From positions 480,001-544,000 of the forward strand of contig OY759729.1 in assembly GCA_963662585.1 (NCBI GenBank): a DNA stretch of 64,000 nucleotides, read 5' to 3'. Within the stretch, counting starts at the first letter, position 1. Every line of letters begins with the position of its first letter. Position numbers and translations under genes: made by a program. Shown here in pieces: positions 61,484 to 64,000 of the stretch. The stretch is from Candidatus Cloacimonadales bacterium. GTDB taxonomy: Bacteria > Cloacimonadota > Cloacimonadia > Cloacimonadales > JAFGVF01. The notes under the pieces were generated by a model. That model was not told where the DNA came from and made no database searches. It saw only the letters and a list, made by a program, of their open reading frames with translations.

Positions 61484-62380
61484 TTATGGTAATCTCTCTT
61501 TAATACTAGTTATTAATTCGATCAACATATCATTATTTTCGAAGTTTTTGACCATTTTATAAGAATCTGATAGTAATTTTTCAGCATTTTTCTTGGCGAC
61601 TTCCACCCCCATAAGGGCAGAATAGTTAGTTCTGTGCTGAGGTCTTTCTTCCGCTTCGACTCCTAATATTTCTAAGGCTCCGATATCATCTAAAATATCA
61701 TCTATTATTTCATAAGCTAAAGCTAAATTGAGAGCATAATTACCTAGAGTAATCATAACATTTTCTTCAGCACCACATATAGCACAGGCCATATCTGTTG
61801 CTGCTTGTAACAAGGCTCCGCTCTTTTTCAAATGAATATATTTCAATACATTAACTTTGACACTTTTGTTAGCTGATTCTAAATCTACAGTTTGCCCACC
61901 AATCATACCACTGGTGGAAATAGCTTTAGCTAGAATATTAATGCACTGCAAGGCGTGTTCTTTATTTTTAAGTTCGGTTAAAACTTCAAAAGCTTTTGTA
62001 ATCAATGTATCTCCAACTAGAATAGCTGTTGCTGGATTATACTTGATATGATTACTTGCTTTACCGCCTCTTTTTGATGAATTTTCCAAACTTGGAAGGT
62101 CATTATGGACCAATGAGGCGATATGCACCATTTCTAGAGCAACTGCCACTGGCATAATTTTCTCTAGGGATTTGGTACTTTTTCTTCCTTTGAGCATCTC
62201 ATAAACAGCAAATAGCAAGATAGGTCTCAATCGCTTACCTTCTAACAGAAGAGAATATCTAATTGCTTCATTGAGATATTTTTCATTTTTCTCATCTGTA
62301 ATGAAGTAGTTAGCAAGAGCATCATTTACCATTTTTTGTCTAGTTACGAAATGTTTTTGTAGCAGCACAAATTCCTCCAT
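61484..62380 (-). CDS. Polyprenyl synthetase (IspA-like) with altered first Asp-rich motif
   Basis: GKRLRP, HNDLP, GGQTVD, KKSG, DDILD. Confidence 0.85.
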   Translation of the reverse strand: MEEFVLLQKHFVTRQKMVNDALANYFITDEKNEKYLNEAIRYSLLLEGKRLRPILLFAVYEMLKGRKSTKSLEKIMPVAVALEMVHIASLVHNDLPSLENSSKRGGKASNHIKYNPATAILVGDTLITKAFEVLTELKNKEHALQCINILAKAISTSGMIGGQTVDLESANKSVKVNVLKYIHLKKSGALLQAATDMACAICGAEENVMITLGNYALNLALAYEIIDDILDDIGALEILGVEAEERPQHRTNYSALMGVEVAKKNAEKLLSDSYKMVKNFENNDMLIELITSIKERLP

Positions 62381-62426
62381 TCATTATTTATATCATTTAT
62401 AGATAAAACAAAATAAATGTCAAGCA

Positions 62427-64000
62427 TTATTTTTCACTTTGTTCGTTATTATCTTCGATATTTTCTATTTCGTCGTCATCAATCTCTTTTTTAATTTTTG
62501 TAGCATCAAAAACTTTGTCATCTTTTAACAAGCTAATGAGTCTAACACCTTGGGTATTTCTACCTATGGAAGAGATTGAATCACCTGATTGTCTAATTAT
62601 CATACCACCACGAGTTGTAATCATGAGATCATCATCATCTGTGAGATGTAACAGTTTAACTAAGTAGCCGTTTCTCATAGTTGTTTTAAGAGTAATAAAA
62701 CCTTTAGTACCTCTATTAGTTACTTTATATTGTGATAAATCTGTTCTTTTACCATAACCGTTTTCACTTATTGATAAGACAGTATCTTCAGAGTTTTCAG
62801 CTACAACAATCATAGATACTACAAAATCATCTTCTCTAAGTTTTATACCTGTAACACCTTGGGAGTTTCTTCCAAGAGGACGAGCACTAACTTCTGAGAA
62901 TCTATTACAATAGCCATTATGAGTAGCTAGGATAATATTATTAGTTCCATCAGTTAATTTTGCTTCAAGAAGTTCATCACCATCAACTAACTTAATGGCT
63001 ATGATACCATTAGTACGAGGACGAGAGTAAGCATCTAAAGTAGTTTTCTTCAAGAGACCTTTTTTAGTAGCCATAACAATGTATCTGGTATCATCAAATT
63101 CTCTTACTGCTACGAATGCTTTAATATTTTCATCTTTATCAATATTAACAAGATTAACAATAGCTTTACCACGAGCTTGTCTACCTACTGAAGGAATTTG
63201 ATATACTTTTAGCCAGTAACATTTTCCAAAATCAGTAAAGAAGAGAATATAAGCATGAGTAGAAGCAGTGAAGATATTCTGAATAAAATCAGTCTCTTTT
63301 AAGTTAGAGCCAGAAAGTCCTCTTCCCCCTCTTCCTTGTGATTTATAGAGATCTGTTGGCATTCTTTTGATATAGCCTTCTTTAGTAATAACAACTACAA
63401 CTTCTTCTTCAGGGATTAAGTCTTCCATATCAATTGTAAGTTCACCATCTATAATTTGAGTACGACGAGGGTCAGAATATTTCTCTTTCATTTCTAAAGT
63501 TTCTTCTTTGATAATATTCATCTGTAGTTCTCTATTAGCTAAGATAGCGACTAATTTATCTCTTAAAGCACTTAATTCGTTATATTCATTTTCAATCTTA
63601 TCTCTTTCTAAGCCAGTAAGTTTTTGAAGACGCATATCAAGAATAGCTTTTGCTTGAATTTCACTTAGTCCAAAATTAGCCATAAGATTTTCGCGTGCAC
63701 TTTGAGTATCAGCAGAAGCTCTTATTGTTTTGATAATTGCGTCTATATTATCTAAAGCAATCCTAAGTCCTTCTAGAATATGGAGTCTAGCTTCAGCTTG
63801 AGCTAATTCAAATTGAGTTCTTCTAATAATTACTTTGTGTCGGAAGGCGATAAAGTTCTCGATAAGTGCCTTCATACTATGAACTTCAGGAATACCATCT
63901 TTTAAAGCAAGATTGATAACACCGAAAGTAGATTGTAGTTGTGAGTATGAATAGAGTTTATTTACGACAATGTTTGCATCATAATTCTTTTTAACAACAA
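62427..64000 (-). CDS. gyrA: DNA gyrase subunit A (5' partial)
   Basis: RLHILEGL, QAKAILDMRL, GyrA box QGRGGRG, C-terminal beta-pinwheel repeats; frame continues to the window edge. Confidence 0.97.
   Translation of the reverse strand, partial: VVKKNYDANIVVNKLYSYSQLQSTFGVINLALKDGIPEVHSMKALIENFIAFRHKVIIRRTQFELAQAEARLHILEGLRIALDNIDAIIKTIRASADTQSARENLMANFGLSEIQAKAILDMRLQKLTGLERDKIENEYNELSALRDKLVAILANRELQMNIIKEETLEMKEKYSDPRRTQIIDGELTIDMEDLIPEEEVVVVITKEGYIKRMPTDLYKSQGRGGRGLSGSNLKETDFIQNIFTASTHAYILFFTDFGKCYWLKVYQIPSVGRQARGKAIVNLVNIDKDENIKAFVAVREFDDTRYIVMATKKGLLKKTTLDAYSRPRTNGIIAIKLVDGDELLEAKLTDGTNNIILATHNGYCNRFSEVSARPLGRNSQGVTGIKLREDDFVVSMIVVAENSEDTVLSISENGYGKRTDLSQYKVTNRGTKGFITLKTTMRNGYLVKLLHLTDDDDLMITTRGGMIIRQSGDSISSIGRNTQGVRLISLLKDDKVFDATKIKKEIDDDEIENIEDNNEQSEK

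Noticed and set aside
5178..62051. Short nested, antisense or intergenic ORFs (e.g. 5178, 9649, 12119, 12788, 19396, 19577, 25240, 26871, 28253, 34742, 38577, 39329, 46477, 50695, 51636, 51769, 54024, 55113, 55243, 57678, 59176, 61857)
   Set aside because: Nearly all are shadows of well-supported genes, and none shows a recognisable motif.

Overview
AT-rich bacterial chromosomal window, most likely Candidatus Cloacimonadota (FCB group). This is inferred from five secreted proteins ending in the NYPNPFNP...KM.L.K FlgD-Ig/T9SS-like C-terminal domain (CTD), a gingipain-like C25 protein and a fused LpxC-FabZ. It holds about 45 protein genes (housekeeping: ybeY, dcp, alr, glsA, lpxA/lpxC-fabZ/lpxD/skp, moxR, gyrA), tRNA-Ser(GGA) and tRNA-Ala(GGC). 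I found no CRISPR array, reverse transcriptase, integrase or intact transposase. The most unusual signals all involve the CTD-bearing surface proteins. (1) Two unrelated passengers (a GLUG protein and an M6 metalloprotease) share a near-identical ~0.9 kb module of CTD coding sequence plus downstream palindromic repeats. (2) Large mosaics of at least six REP-like hairpin families with compensatory stem changes fill the convergent gaps behind CTD genes. (3) A tandem pair of GLUG-CTD paralogs has a constant-variable-constant layout, and each carries a short copy of its own sequence from ~280-305 bp away; this could be real templated insertion or an assembly artefact. I also found a stop-interrupted GIY-YIG gene behind tRNA-Ala that the ORF track missed, a frameshifted satP, a SprA-motif beta-barrel, and several enzymes with degenerate catalytic motifs.
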